A DNA stretch of 44,420 nt. Origin: Minisyncoccota bacterium. Its GTDB lineage: Bacteria; Patescibacteriota; Minisyncoccia; Phycocordibacterales; JABMNX01. The stretch spans positions 1-44,420 of the forward strand of contig JBBDOU010000002.1 of the NCBI GenBank assembly GCA_040876885.1, given 5' to 3'. Made by a program: the position numbers and the translations under genes. Below, piece by piece: positions 7,716 to 18,183 of this stretch. The notes beneath the pieces are model-generated. The model was not told where the DNA came from. It worked only from the letters and a program-made list of their open reading frames with translations, and searched no databases. The stretch's first letter is position 1; each line of letters begins with the position of its first letter.

Positions 7716-9461
7716 TTATATTTTCCCTGCAACTTCTTTTAGGATTTTTTCAGTAAGTGTCTCAACTGACATTGATCCGATTTTTCCATTATCTCTACTC
7801 TCAAGTGTAACTTCGTCTTTAGTAACTTCTTCATCTCCAATGACAAGAAAGTATGGAGTCTTATTTAATTTCACGTTACGTATTTTCTTACCAAGTGTCT
7901 CAGCACTAGTATCAAGCTCAGCTCGAATATTTTGTGCTTTTAGTAGCTCCGTAACTTTTTGTGCATATTCAGAATGAGTGTCTCCAATAGGAAGTACAGA
8001 AACCTGAACAGGAGATAGCCAGAGCGGAAATTTTCCTGCAAAGTGTTCAATCAGAACTGCAGAAAAACGCTCTAAAGAACCCATAACTGCGCAATGAATC
8101 ATAACAATTCGCTCGGGGTCACCTTTTTCATTTGTACAGGTGAGGTCAAAACGTTCAGGAAGATTCATATCGAGTTGAATAGTAGCAACTTGATGCTCTC
8201 GTCCAATAGAGTCCATCGCCATAAAGTCAATTTTAGGACCATAGAGTGCAGCTTCTCCTTTGGCTTCAAAATAATCAGCCCCTCTGCTTTGAGCTATTTC
8301 ACGTAACGCATTTTCAGCATTTTCCCATACTTCTTTTGTTCCGAGGTGTTTTTCAAATTCTTCTGGGTCATGAAAAGAAAGACGGACGCGGAGTTTAAAC
8401 CCAAACGTTTTATAGAAGGTATCAACAATATCCCAAATAGAGAAGAATTCTTCTTTTACCTGTGCGTCACGACAAAATACATGTGAGTCATCTTGAGTAA
8501 TAGAAAGTACCCGAGTAAGGCCTCCAAGCTCACCAGACTGTTCATCACGGTATACCATTGTTGTTTCCGCATATCGTTGAGGCATGTCTCGATAACTGTG
8601 CGGCTGCCGGTCAAAAATCTGAGTGTGGTGCGGGCAGTTCATTGGCTTTACAGCAAATTCTTTTCCTTCACGTGTGTGTACTCGGAAGAGTTCATCAGTA
8701 AATTTATCCCAATGTCCTGATTTCTCATATAAATCTTTTTTTGTGAAATGCGGTACCGTTACGGTCTGGTAATTGTATTTTTTTCTGAGCTCTTGAACAT
8801 AGGCGTCAAGTTCTTTTCGTATGATTGTTCCTTTCGGTGTCCAGAGGGGCAATCCTGAGCCGACAAGATTGGAGAAAGTAAATAAGTCTAATTCTTTTCC
8901 CAGTTTTCGATGGTCACGTTTTTTTGCTTCTTCCATCTGGAGTTGATAGGTTTCAAGATCTTCTTTAGTCTCAAACGCGACACCATAGATTCGTGTCAGC
9001 ATGGTATTTTTTTCACTTCCACGCCAATATGCCCCTGCAACATGAGAAAGAGTGAAGGCGTCAGGTTTGATTTCCTTAGAGTCTGCGACATGAGGACCTT
9101 CACATAAGTCTGTAAAGTCTGCAACGGTATAGGTAGTTATTTGTTTTCCGAGCGTCGCTATCTCTTCAATAAGCTCAAGTTTATAGGGCTGATCTTTAAA
9201 AATAGCCCGTGCCGCATTCGCTGATATTTCTTTATATTCAGGAGTAAATCCTCTTTTAAGGATATTACGCATTTCTTTCTCAAGTTTTTTTAGGTTCTCT
9301 TCGCCAACTCCTTTTCCTTCTGAGAATTCAAAATCATAGTAGAAACCAACATCCGTTGATGGGCCGATTGCTATTTTTACCTCAGGGTCATGTTTTCGCA
9401 CTGCAAGCGCAAGCACATGAGCAAGTGAGTGTCGTATTTTTCCAATTGAGTCTTCTGTCAT
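7716..9461 (-). CDS. thrS: Threonine--tRNA ligase (lacks N-terminal TGS domain)
   Basis: RHSLAH, DLCEGPH, RDHRKLG, KPMNCPHH, YGPKID, GSLERF motifs. Confidence 0.97.
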   Translation of the reverse strand: MTEDSIGKIRHSLAHVLALAVRKHDPEVKIAIGPSTDVGFYYDFEFSEGKGVGEENLKKLEKEMRNILKRGFTPEYKEISANAARAIFKDQPYKLELIEEIATLGKQITTYTVADFTDLCEGPHVADSKEIKPDAFTLSHVAGAYWRGSEKNTMLTRIYGVAFETKEDLETYQLQMEEAKKRDHRKLGKELDLFTFSNLVGSGLPLWTPKGTIIRKELDAYVQELRKKYNYQTVTVPHFTKKDLYEKSGHWDKFTDELFRVHTREGKEFAVKPMNCPHHTQIFDRQPHSYRDMPQRYAETTMVYRDEQSGELGGLTRVLSITQDDSHVFCRDAQVKEEFFSIWDIVDTFYKTFGFKLRVRLSFHDPEEFEKHLGTKEVWENAENALREIAQSRGADYFEAKGEAALYGPKIDFMAMDSIGREHQVATIQLDMNLPERFDLTCTNEKGDPERIVMIHCAVMGSLERFSAVLIEHFAGKFPLWLSPVQVSVLPIGDTHSEYAQKVTELLKAQNIRAELDTSAETLGKKIRNVKLNKTPYFLVIGDEEVTKDEVTLESRDNGKIGSMSVETLTEKILKEVAGKI

Positions 9462-9513
9462 GCGTTCTATGATACCAGATTTATACCTAAGGACAACTTG
9501 AGTGGAGACCTCT

Positions 9514-12500
9514 TTAGAGTGCTTTTATCGCTTCGGCTATAATACTTGTTTCTCCATTTCTCTTTGAAATATGTCCCTTGATACCGATACAGTTTTCAGG
9601 ATTGAGGAGTTCTTTCTGTTTTGCAAAAAGTTTCGGGAAGATAACTGTTTCTATATTTCCACTGAAGTCTGCTATTCTAAGGAAGGCCATCTGGTCTCCT
9701 TTTTTTGTAACAATTGGTTTTACCTCTTCAATGATTCCGTACACGATTATCGGCATACCTTCTCGGAGCTCTGCTTTTGATCTCTGTATATCTCGCTTTT
9801 GTTTTTCTAGTGTTTCTTTAAATGCATTAAGTGGGTGTCCTGAAACATAGAGACCAAGAAGCTCTTTTTCCCACGCGAGTTTTTGGGCAATAGCTATCGG
9901 TACTGCTTTTTGCAGTGTGAGGGTGCGGTGACTTGTACTCGCTTCACCAAAAAGGGAATCTTGATCGGTGTGCATCTGCCCACATTCTTTTGTGTACTGA
10001 AGAAGCGCATCTATATTTTCAAGCATTGCTCCACGGTCTTCAAACTTATCAAGTGCACCTGACTTGATAAGACTTTCCAAGGATTTCCTGTTAAGACCTT
10101 TATTTTGTGAGCGTTCAAGAAAGTCTGAAAGCGATGTATACAGCCCATTTTCTTTTCGTTCATCAATAATGCTTTTGCCGATACCTTCTCCGAAATTTTT
10201 AATTGAGTAGAGTCCAAAGCGAATCTTTGCCTCAGATTTTTCTGCACGCGGAACAACAGAGAAATCTCCAAAACTTTCATTAATGTCAGGAGGAAGTACG
10301 TCTATCTTCATACGAGCGCATTCAATAATAGACTCAGAGACTTTATCTACATCACCTGAGTCCGCGGTGAGGACTGCTGAGAGGTACTCCACAGGGTAGT
10401 TTGCTTTCATGTATGCGGTTTGGTATGCGACTCGTCCGTAGCTTGCTGCGTGCGCTTTGTTAAAACCGTATGCCGCGAAAGGTTCAATTAACTTCCATAA
10501 ACGTCCTGCCTTGTGCTCAGTAAGACCATGTTCTATTGCACCACTTAAGAATTTATCTTTCTCGGCCTCCATCACTGCGGGGATTTTCTTACCCATAGCT
10601 TTTCGGAGCATGTCTGCCTCGAGCCACGAATACCCAGCAATTTTAATCGCAATCATCATCACGTCATCTTGGTACGTAATTACTCCGTATGACTGAGAGA
10701 GGATGTCTTCCATTCGAGAGTCAAGGTATGTAACAAGACTCGGGTTGTGTTTACGTTCAATATACGAAGGAATAGACTCCATCGGTCCTGGTCGGTAGAG
10801 CGCAACCATGGCGTTGATGTCGTGGATAGAACTTGGCTTCAGTTCTTTGAGAAAGTGCGTCATTCCTGAACCGTTTAATTGGAAAAGCCCCATCGTCTCT
10901 CCACGTGCAAGCATCTCAAACGTTTTCGTGTCATCAATAGGAATGTTTTCAATATCTATATCTATATCGTGGATTGCTTTAACGCGTTCAACAACATCCG
11001 CAAGAACCGCAAGGTTTTTGAGTCCAAGAAAATCAAACTTGAGGAGCCCCGCATCTTCTACTGCGTGCATATCATACTGCGTAATGAGTTTACCTCCTTT
11101 AGGGTCGTATTGAAGCGGTGTGAAGTCCGTGAGTGGGGAGGGAGAAATAACCACACCAGCTGCGTGAATTCCCATATGTCGCGCGCGTCCTTCAATCTGT
11201 TTCGCAAGATCAATAACCTCTCGTACTGCCTCCTCTTTTTTATAAAATTTTTCAAGCTCAGAAGTTGTCTCAAGTGCAGTATCAATAGTCATCGGAAACC
11301 CCTGTGAACCAAAAGGGATAAGTTTTGCAATCGTATCTCCGAGAGAGTATGGATGTCCCAGTGCCCGGGCAACATCGCGTACCACACCGCGCGCCATCAT
11401 GGTTCCAAAAGTTCCAATCTGCGCGACATTATCCTCTCCGTACTTATTTTTTGCGTATTGAATTACCTCATCCCGTCTATTATCAGCATAGTCCATGTCG
11501 ATATCAGGAGCGGATGGTCTTTCAGGGTTTAGGAATCGTTCAAAAGGGAGTTTGTATTCGAGCGGATTTACATTCGTAATGTTTGAAAGGTACGTCACAA
11601 GACTTCCGGCGACAGAACCACGAATTGTGGTGAGGATATTTTTACTATGCGCGAAATTAAGAAGGTCTGCGACAACGAGGAAATAGGGCGCGTAGCCTTT
11701 TGTTTTAATAATATCAAGTTCGTATTCAAGCCGTTCCTCAATTTCCTTTGTTTTTTTCAATCCCCGTCGTTCAATACCGCCGTACGCAAGAGCGCGAAGC
11801 GCATCGTCATACGTTTTAAAATTACCCTTTTCAATATTAGGGAAGACCCATGTACCAAGTGTAAGCTCAAGGTTGCAGGCGTCGGCTATCTTCAGCGTAT
11901 TAGTGAGTGCTTCTGGATAGTCTTTAAAATATGTTTCTGCTTCTTCCTGAGAGATAAAAGAGAAATTGTCTTTTTTATTTTTTTCATGGTCAGAAAGAAC
12001 TGACCCTGTTTGGATTTTAATCATCGCTTCTCGTGCAAATCGGTCTTCTGTGTTGATGTAGTAGACATCTTGTGCTGCGACAAGTGGTACCTTATTTTTT
12101 TGAGCGAGGGTCACTATCTTTTCAGTGACTTCATTTTGCTCCGCTATCTCTGGATGATGTGTAATTTCTAGGTACAGATTTTCGCCGTAAATTTTCTTAT
12201 ACCAATCAATCTTTTCTTGCGCCTTGCCTTCGTCGTTACTCTTAAATGCAAGAGAGGTCTCTCCAGAGAATGAGGGAATAATAGCAATCAGGCCATCGGC
12301 GTATTTTGAAAGGAGTTCGTGATCCACGCGCGGTTTGTAATAAAATCCATCAAGGTGTGACTCGGTCACCAGTTTAATTAAATTCTTGTACCCTACTTCG
12401 TCTTTAGCTAAGAGCACAAGACGCGCCCATCGATTGTCGACACGCGCTTCTTTATCGTGACGTGTGCGCACTGCGACGTAGGCGTCTATTCCAATAATTG

Positions 12501-12687
12501 GTTTTATCCCTTCATTTTTACATTTTTTATAAAACGCAATCGCCCCATAGAGATTGCCGTTGTCGGTGAGTGCAAGCGCAGGCATAGCATACTCTTTTGC
12601 TTTTGCAATGAGCTCAGGGATTTTTGGGGGAGCATTTAAAAGAGAGAAATGGCTGTGGGTATGAAGATGGACAAATCGTGCGTTCAT
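9514..12687 (-). CDS. dnaE: DNA polymerase III alpha subunit
   Basis: PHP FVHLHTHS, RGSVAGS, FERFLNPER, PDIDMD, YGFNKAHA, C-terminal OB fold. Confidence 0.97.
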   Translation of the reverse strand: MNARFVHLHTHSHFSLLNAPPKIPELIAKAKEYAMPALALTDNGNLYGAIAFYKKCKNEGIKPIIGIDAYVAVRTRHDKEARVDNRWARLVLLAKDEVGYKNLIKLVTESHLDGFYYKPRVDHELLSKYADGLIAIIPSFSGETSLAFKSNDEGKAQEKIDWYKKIYGENLYLEITHHPEIAEQNEVTEKIVTLAQKNKVPLVAAQDVYYINTEDRFAREAMIKIQTGSVLSDHEKNKKDNFSFISQEEAETYFKDYPEALTNTLKIADACNLELTLGTWVFPNIEKGNFKTYDDALRALAYGGIERRGLKKTKEIEERLEYELDIIKTKGYAPYFLVVADLLNFAHSKNILTTIRGSVAGSLVTYLSNITNVNPLEYKLPFERFLNPERPSAPDIDMDYADNRRDEVIQYAKNKYGEDNVAQIGTFGTMMARGVVRDVARALGHPYSLGDTIAKLIPFGSQGFPMTIDTALETTSELEKFYKKEEAVREVIDLAKQIEGRARHMGIHAAGVVISPSPLTDFTPLQYDPKGGKLITQYDMHAVEDAGLLKFDFLGLKNLAVLADVVERVKAIHDIDIDIENIPIDDTKTFEMLARGETMGLFQLNGSGMTHFLKELKPSSIHDINAMVALYRPGPMESIPSYIERKHNPSLVTYLDSRMEDILSQSYGVITYQDDVMMIAIKIAGYSWLEADMLRKAMGKKIPAVMEAEKDKFLSGAIEHGLTEHKAGRLWKLIEPFAAYGFNKAHAASYGRVAYQTAYMKANYPVEYLSAVLTADSGDVDKVSESIIECARMKIDVLPPDINESFGDFSVVPRAEKSEAKIRFGLYSIKNFGEGIGKSIIDERKENGLYTSLSDFLERSQNKGLNRKSLESLIKSGALDKFEDRGAMLENIDALLQYTKECGQMHTDQDSLFGEASTSHRTLTLQKAVPIAIAQKLAWEKELLGLYVSGHPLNAFKETLEKQKRDIQRSKAELREGMPIIVYGIIEEVKPIVTKKGDQMAFLRIADFSGNIETVIFPKLFAKQKELLNPENCIGIKGHISKRNGETSIIAEAIKAL

Positions 12688-12751
12688 TGGAATTAGTATA
12701 TCATCCTCTGCACGCTACCCAATTATTTCTATAAATTTGTATAATAGGGCT

Positions 12752-13360
12752 ATGAAGAAAGCCCAATATATTATCGGCATAGACGAGGTTGGCAGGGGAC
12801 CTGTTGCAGGACCGGTGACTGTTGGTGCTGTGTGTATGCCGCAAGCGGTGTATTCGTGGAAGGATTTTAGGGGGCTTAAGGACTCTAAAAAACTAACCGA
12901 AGAGGCGAGAGAGCTGTGGTTTGCTCGCCTACGTGGCATGGAGGATGTTTCTTACAGTACAACCTCAATAAAGGAAGCGTATATAGATACACACGGTATT
13001 GTCCCTGCAATCAATAAAGCTCTTGCGCAGTCTCTAAGAAAATTAAATGTTGCTCCTGAGGAATGTCTTGTCTTACTTGACGGGGGGCTTCTTGCTCCCA
13101 GTGTGTATGTACAACAAAAGACTATTATAAAAGGAGATGAAAAGGAATATGTTATTGCGCTTGCATCTATTATGGCGAAGGTAACGCGGGACCGAAAGAT
13201 GGTCAGATTTTCAAAGGAATTTCCTCAATACGGCTTTGAGGCGCACAAGGGATATGGGACCGCACAGCACTATCACGCACTTAAAAAGCACGGCATATGC
13301 CCGCTTCACCGGAAGAGTTTTCTAAAAAGAAGTCGTGCTTCTGCGGGTAATCCCTTATAG
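12752..13360 (+). CDS. rnhB: Ribonuclease HII
   Basis: GIDEVGRGP, DSKKL, DG, KGD, ASIMAKVTRD, HKGYGT; start moved to ATG 12752, 6 nt after TATAAT. Confidence 0.95.
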   Translation: MKKAQYIIGIDEVGRGPVAGPVTVGAVCMPQAVYSWKDFRGLKDSKKLTEEARELWFARLRGMEDVSYSTTSIKEAYIDTHGIVPAINKALAQSLRKLNVAPEECLVLLDGGLLAPSVYVQQKTIIKGDEKEYVIALASIMAKVTRDRKMVRFSKEFPQYGFEAHKGYGTAQHYHALKKHGICPLHRKSFLKRSRASAGNPL

Positions 13361-13402
13361 AAGTACTTGTAATTATTGGTAAAATAGGTATAATCTTTCC
13401 AT

Positions 13403-13708
13403 ATGTCAGCACGAATGAGAGTAAACAGATCAGCAACCGGTAATCGCCGAAGTGGGCACGGGCTTGAAGAGCCTCGTACTTCAGTGTGTTCACACTGTAA
13501 AGCGCCACACCTTCGACACCGGGCGTGTTCAGCGTGCGGACATTACCGAGGACGACTCGTTACTGATGTTGCCCTCAAAGCAGAGAAGAAGGTAGAAAAG
13601 CAGAACGCTCGACGAAAAGAGATGGGAGAAGAGCGAGCAGAAGAAGTGAAGGACGAGAAAAAACCTCAAGGAGTAGCAACGACTCCTGAAGCGCTTTCTA
13701 CAAAGTAA
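13403..13708 (+). CDS. rpmF: 50S ribosomal protein L32 with charged C-terminal extension
   Basis: RRS..., CxxC...HRACxxCGxY zinc ribbon. Confidence 0.9.
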   Translation: MSARMRVNRSATGNRRSGHGLEEPRTSVCSHCKAPHLRHRACSACGHYRGRLVTDVALKAEKKVEKQNARRKEMGEERAEEVKDEKKPQGVATTPEALSTK

Positions 13709-13779
13709 CAAGAGACCTTAAGGACGGGAAGCCTTGCGGGGTCTCTTTTACCCAGTAATTTTAATTATGAATTTTAATT

Positions 13780-14691
13780 ATGGCAAATAGGCACCTTTCA
13801 AGAAGTATTGTACTCCAAACTCTATTCGAGTTTGATTTTGATAATCAAAAAGAAGTCGCCATAGATGTCGATGAAGCATTAATTCGTAACACCCAAGAGT
13901 TCGCACCAGGCTTGGGTGATTTTTCTTTTACAAAACGTCTCATTGATACAATTGTCAGTAAGCGTAAAGAGCTCGATGACATTATCATAAAAGCAGCTCC
14001 CGAATGGCCTATTGAGAAAATCTCAGTGGTTGATAGAAATATCCTGCGACTTGGGCTCGCTGAGTTACTTTTCTCAGATAGGGAGGAGGTTCCTGCAAAA
14101 GTTGCAATTAATGAGGCGATTGAACTCGCTAAGACTTTTGGAGGGGAGAACAGTGGACGATTTGTTAACGGAGTATTAGGGGCAGTGTATAAAGAGCTTG
14201 GGGAGCCAGGGAAAGACGAGGTCTCAAAAAAGAAAAAGATTAAAGAAGTTCCGTATGAGGAGATGCCTATTGAGCGATTGGGAGGTGCGGTGGTCTATGC
14301 ACAAGAAGGAGAAGAGATTTACCTTGCGCTTGTCCATGATGTGTTTGGGCACTGGACTCTTTCCAAGGGGAAGGTTGAGAAAAATGAAGAGATAAAACAA
14401 GCAACAATTAGAGAAATGAAAGAAGAGCTTGGGCTTGATGTAAAAATCATTAAGCGTCTTGGAGAGAATGAGTATATTGCAAAGGATCCAGAGATTGGAA
14501 AAAAACGAAAGCAGGTAATTTATTTCCTAGCAAAAGCACCGTATGCAGAAATAAAACTAGGAACATCTGGTGGACTTGATGACGCAAAATGGTTTAAGCT
14601 TTCTGACATTCTTGAACTTAATTTTTATGATGATATCCTCCCTATTATTACGAAAGCAATTAATGAACTGGTGAAGAAGGATAAGGAGTAG
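13780..14691 (+). CDS. nusB: Transcription antitermination factor NusB fused to a Nudix hydrolase domain
   Basis: RHLSR..LQTLF, DRNILRL, VAINEAIELAK.F, FVNGVL; C-terminal Nudix box GKVEKNEEIKQATIREMKEELGL. Confidence 0.93.
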   Translation: MANRHLSRSIVLQTLFEFDFDNQKEVAIDVDEALIRNTQEFAPGLGDFSFTKRLIDTIVSKRKELDDIIIKAAPEWPIEKISVVDRNILRLGLAELLFSDREEVPAKVAINEAIELAKTFGGENSGRFVNGVLGAVYKELGEPGKDEVSKKKKIKEVPYEEMPIERLGGAVVYAQEGEEIYLALVHDVFGHWTLSKGKVEKNEEIKQATIREMKEELGLDVKIIKRLGENEYIAKDPEIGKKRKQVIYFLAKAPYAEIKLGTSGGLDDAKWFKLSDILELNFYDDILPIITKAINELVKKDKE

Positions 14692-14712
14692 CTCGTCACC
14701 GATACAGATTAT

Positions 14713-15405
14713 ATGGTAAAAAGCATAAAAGAATTTGAAAAGAGACTCGGCGTCTCTTTTAACGATAGTAACGTCTTACGACAGGCGTTTACGCATCGTT
14801 CCTATATTAATGAACACAAGGAAGGTGGGCTTGAACACAATGAGCGTCTTGAGTTTTTGGGGGACGCGGTACTCGAACTTGCGGTAACAGACTTTTTATA
14901 TAAAAAATATCCAGAGAGGACAGAGGGGGAGCTCACCGCATTTCGCGCAGCGCTGGTGAACACAAACTCACTGTCAGAGGCCTCAACTCTCCTTGAGGTA
15001 AATGATTTCCTGCTTCTTTCAAAAGGGGAGTCGCAAGACACGGGGCGAGCTCGACAGTATATTCTTGCAAACACATTTGAGTCCATTGTTGGGGCACTCT
15101 ATCTGGACCAAGGGTACGACGCATCTGAAAAATTTATTGCTGACAATCTTTTTGGCCTTATTGATGAGATAGTTTCTAAACGTCTCTGGCAAGATTCTAA
15201 GAGTCTTTTTCAAGAGAAAGCACAGGAGAACGCAAGTGTGACACCACGGTATGAGCTTATTGAAGAGAAAGGTCCAGACCACGACCGCGAATTTGTTATT
15301 GGAGTATTCTTAAACAAAGACATGGTTGCCACAGGAAAGGGGCGCGCAAAACAAGAAGCAGAGCAAGAAGCTGCGAAAAATGCACTTGAGGTTAAAAATT
15401 GGTAG
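14713..15405 (+). CDS. rnc: Ribonuclease III
   Basis: HNERLEFLGDAVL signature; C-terminal dsRBD (GPDH...AEQEAA). Confidence 0.97.
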   Translation: MVKSIKEFEKRLGVSFNDSNVLRQAFTHRSYINEHKEGGLEHNERLEFLGDAVLELAVTDFLYKKYPERTEGELTAFRAALVNTNSLSEASTLLEVNDFLLLSKGESQDTGRARQYILANTFESIVGALYLDQGYDASEKFIADNLFGLIDEIVSKRLWQDSKSLFQEKAQENASVTPRYELIEEKGPDHDREFVIGVFLNKDMVATGKGRAKQEAEQEAAKNALEVKNW

Positions 15406-15449
15406 TAGTTACTCCAATCCACATATTTTTTTTGATATACTAGGAAACA

Positions 15450-17657
15450 ATGTATTTAAAAGGCATAGAACTTTCAGGTTTTAAATCATTTGCAAAAAAA
15501 GGCGAGTTGGAATTTGTGTCGCCGATTGTTGCTATTGTAGGACCAAATGGCTCTGGAAAATCAAACGTCGCTGAGGCGTTTCGTTTTGTACTTGGTGAAC
15601 AGTCTTTAAAATCAATGCGTACAAAGAAGGGCGAGGACTTGATTTGGGGAGGCTCAAACTCAATTGGTCGTGCAAACCGAGCTTCAGTGAAGGCGGTCTT
15701 CGACAACTCTTCCCGCTTGTTTGACATAGATTTTGATGAAGTCTCGGTAGAACGTGTGGTGCATCGAGATGGAGTAAACCAGTATCTGATTAATGGCGCA
15801 CAAGTTCGGTTAAAAGATATTGCAGAGCTATTGGCAAGTGCAAACATCGGCTCAACAGGACACCATATTATTTCTCAAGGAGAAGCAGACCGTCTTCTCT
15901 CAGCAAGCATAAAGGAGCGAAGAGAGATGATTGAAGATGCACTTGGATTAAAGATTTTTCAATATAAAAAGAAGGAGAGCGAGCGGAAGCTTTCGCAGAC
16001 AGAGGAAAACATTTCACAGGTCTCGTCACTCCGTAAAGAAATAGCACCACACATACGATTCCTAAAACGACAGGTAGAGAAAATAGAAAAATCAAAACAG
16101 ATGCGCGAAGAGCTTAGTGAGCTCTTAAAAGAATACTTGAAACGAGAATCAGTGTACCTTTTGCATACAAAGAAAGAAATTATCTCAAAGAGAAGCGCGC
16201 CACAAGCAGCGCTTGGTACACTCGAGGCTGATTTAGCAGATGCACGAAGCGTACTCGAAAAAAACTCAGGTGAAGATGCACGCAGTAAGGATATTCTTGA
16301 TGCAGAACGTCTCTTACGAGAAGTGCGCACCGAACGCGATGCGCTCTCTCGTGATATTGGACGTCTCGAAGGGCAGATTACGTTTGCGCAAAAACACGTG
16401 ACTATTGTCTCAGGGGAGACAGTACCGCTCACTGATGTGCGGGGGCTTACGGCAGATATTGAGCATGTACTTACTGAAACATCAGTGCTTGTGGACGCAC
16501 TTAATAAGGTGCGGAGTCTCTTTGGCTCATTTTTTGAAAAGCACGCCGCTAAAAAAGAAGAAGACGTAACCAGCCTTACTGAACTTGAGGAAAGTAAAAA
16601 GAAGCTCGAGGTACGGTTTTCTGAATTAGAAGCAAGAGAAAAAGATTACGCACAACAGTATAAGACATTACAAGATGAGCTTGAAGCGACGAAGGACGAG
16701 GGGCGGGACGCGGAGAGGGATGTATTCAAGATAACAGCTGAAAAGAATAAAATAGACGGTATTTTACGCGATTTAGCGCGTGATGAGGAGGTGTTGCAAC
16801 AACTTGAGGCTGAGTTTAAACGAGATATGGAAGAAGGCGCTGTTCTTGGCGGGCGAAGTGTCCTTCAGTATGAATCGGTAGCGCTTTCGGAGGCCTCAAT
16901 TTTAGAAGAAGTCCGGAGTGCACAAGAGGAACGGAAACGGACAATTGAGCGTATAAAGATACGAGTCGAGGAGCTCGGTGGCGGTTCGAGCGAGGAAATT
17001 CTAAAAGAGTATACCGAGGCATATGAGCGTGACCAATTTCTTGAAAAGGAGATAGCCGATTTAGAACAATCTGCCGAGACGCTTAAAGGACTCATTATTA
17101 ACCTTGATGAAAAACTAGCATTGAGATTTAAGGAAGGAATTACAAAGATAAATAAAGAGTTTCAGCATTTCTTTGAGGTGCTCTTTGATGGAGGAACGGC
17201 GATACTCACGGTCATAGAACAAAAGAAGAAAAAGAAAGCGGATGACGTCCTTATGTCAGAAGAGGATATAGAGAGGGAGATTGAGTCAGAGGAAGATGTA
17301 GAGGCGGGAATTGATATTGGTATTATCCTTCCCCGTAAAAAAGTGAAGGGACTGCAAATGCTTTCAGGAGGGGAGCGCGCACTCACGTCAATCGCATTAC
17401 TTTTTGCAATGAGTCAAGTCAATCCACCTCCATTTTTAGTACTTGATGAAACAGAAGCTGCACTTGATGAAGCAAACTCACGTAAGTACAGCGCGATGGT
17501 TAAAGACCTTTCACAAAAAACTCAGTTAATTTTAATTACACATAACAGAGAGACCATGTCAGTTGCGGGAGTGCTCTATGGAGTCACAATGGGCTCAGAC
17601 GGAATATCAAAACTTCTTTCAGTAAAACTAGAAGAAGCAGTACAGGTCGCAAAATAG
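15450..17657 (+). CDS. smc: SMC-family chromosome segregation ATPase, short form
   Basis: GFKSF, Walker A GPNGSGKSN, Q-loop ISQG, LSGGE, LDETEAALD, ITH; coiled coils; 735 aa. Confidence 0.9.
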   Translation: MYLKGIELSGFKSFAKKGELEFVSPIVAIVGPNGSGKSNVAEAFRFVLGEQSLKSMRTKKGEDLIWGGSNSIGRANRASVKAVFDNSSRLFDIDFDEVSVERVVHRDGVNQYLINGAQVRLKDIAELLASANIGSTGHHIISQGEADRLLSASIKERREMIEDALGLKIFQYKKKESERKLSQTEENISQVSSLRKEIAPHIRFLKRQVEKIEKSKQMREELSELLKEYLKRESVYLLHTKKEIISKRSAPQAALGTLEADLADARSVLEKNSGEDARSKDILDAERLLREVRTERDALSRDIGRLEGQITFAQKHVTIVSGETVPLTDVRGLTADIEHVLTETSVLVDALNKVRSLFGSFFEKHAAKKEEDVTSLTELEESKKKLEVRFSELEAREKDYAQQYKTLQDELEATKDEGRDAERDVFKITAEKNKIDGILRDLARDEEVLQQLEAEFKRDMEEGAVLGGRSVLQYESVALSEASILEEVRSAQEERKRTIERIKIRVEELGGGSSEEILKEYTEAYERDQFLEKEIADLEQSAETLKGLIINLDEKLALRFKEGITKINKEFQHFFEVLFDGGTAILTVIEQKKKKKADDVLMSEEDIEREIESEEDVEAGIDIGIILPRKKVKGLQMLSGGERALTSIALLFAMSQVNPPPFLVLDETEAALDEANSRKYSAMVKDLSQKTQLILITHNRETMSVAGVLYGVTMGSDGISKLLSVKLEEAVQVAK

Positions 17658-17676
17658 GAGTGGTGGTAGAAACAAG

Positions 17677-17710
17677 AACCGCCCGACGTATTACGGTACG
17701 TCGGGCGGTT
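17677..17710. terminator. Hairpin terminator between convergent genes
   Basis: AACCGCCCGACGTA / TACGTCGGGCGGTT 14-bp stem. Confidence 0.75.
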
Positions 17711-17758
17711 TCTTCAAAGAGGACAGAAAACTTTCTGTATTTAAAGAGTGCTTTCTTG

Positions 17759-18052
17759 TTATTTTTTGGTCTCAACAGCCAATGATTTTTGAGAACAAAG
17801 ATGGTGCATGAGCATGTCGGCTACAGCTGACTCCTCAGTGGACCCTTGCCCTTCGGGGCCAGTTACAGTGCCTTGCGTGACTCGTGGGTCGATCTCAGTT
17901 ATTGATGCGCCGAAGCCACCTCGTTCAAGCTGTTTCACTTCGACGGTGGCAGAAACACACTCGAGACAATTGTGGTTACTGACTCTCCTGAGTGCCTCAG
18001 CATTAAATGGGACATAAGAAATAGAGAGTAACACGTATACCTTTTTAGGCAT
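17759..18052 (-). CDS. Hypothetical protein
   Basis: 97-aa ATG ORF filling the gap between two hairpins; GAAAGG upstream; no recognised motif. Confidence 0.5.
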   Translation of the reverse strand: MPKKVYVLLSISYVPFNAEALRRVSNHNCLECVSATVEVKQLERGGFGASITEIDPRVTQGTVTGPEGQGSTEESAVADMLMHHLCSQKSLAVETKK

Positions 18053-18125
18053 TGTAAAGACCTTTCAGGTTTCTAGGGACGGGTATCTATAATACTTATA
18101 CCACATGATTTACTTTTTAGCAAAG

Positions 18126-18155
18126 GTAAACACGCCAGGTACCTGGCGTGTTTAC
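18126..18155 (-). terminator. Perfect 30-bp palindrome downstream of rnr
   Basis: GTAAACACGCCAGGT|ACCTGGCGTGTTTAC. Confidence 0.7.
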
Positions 18156-18183
18156 TTCTTTTCTAAAACCCAGCACCAACAAC

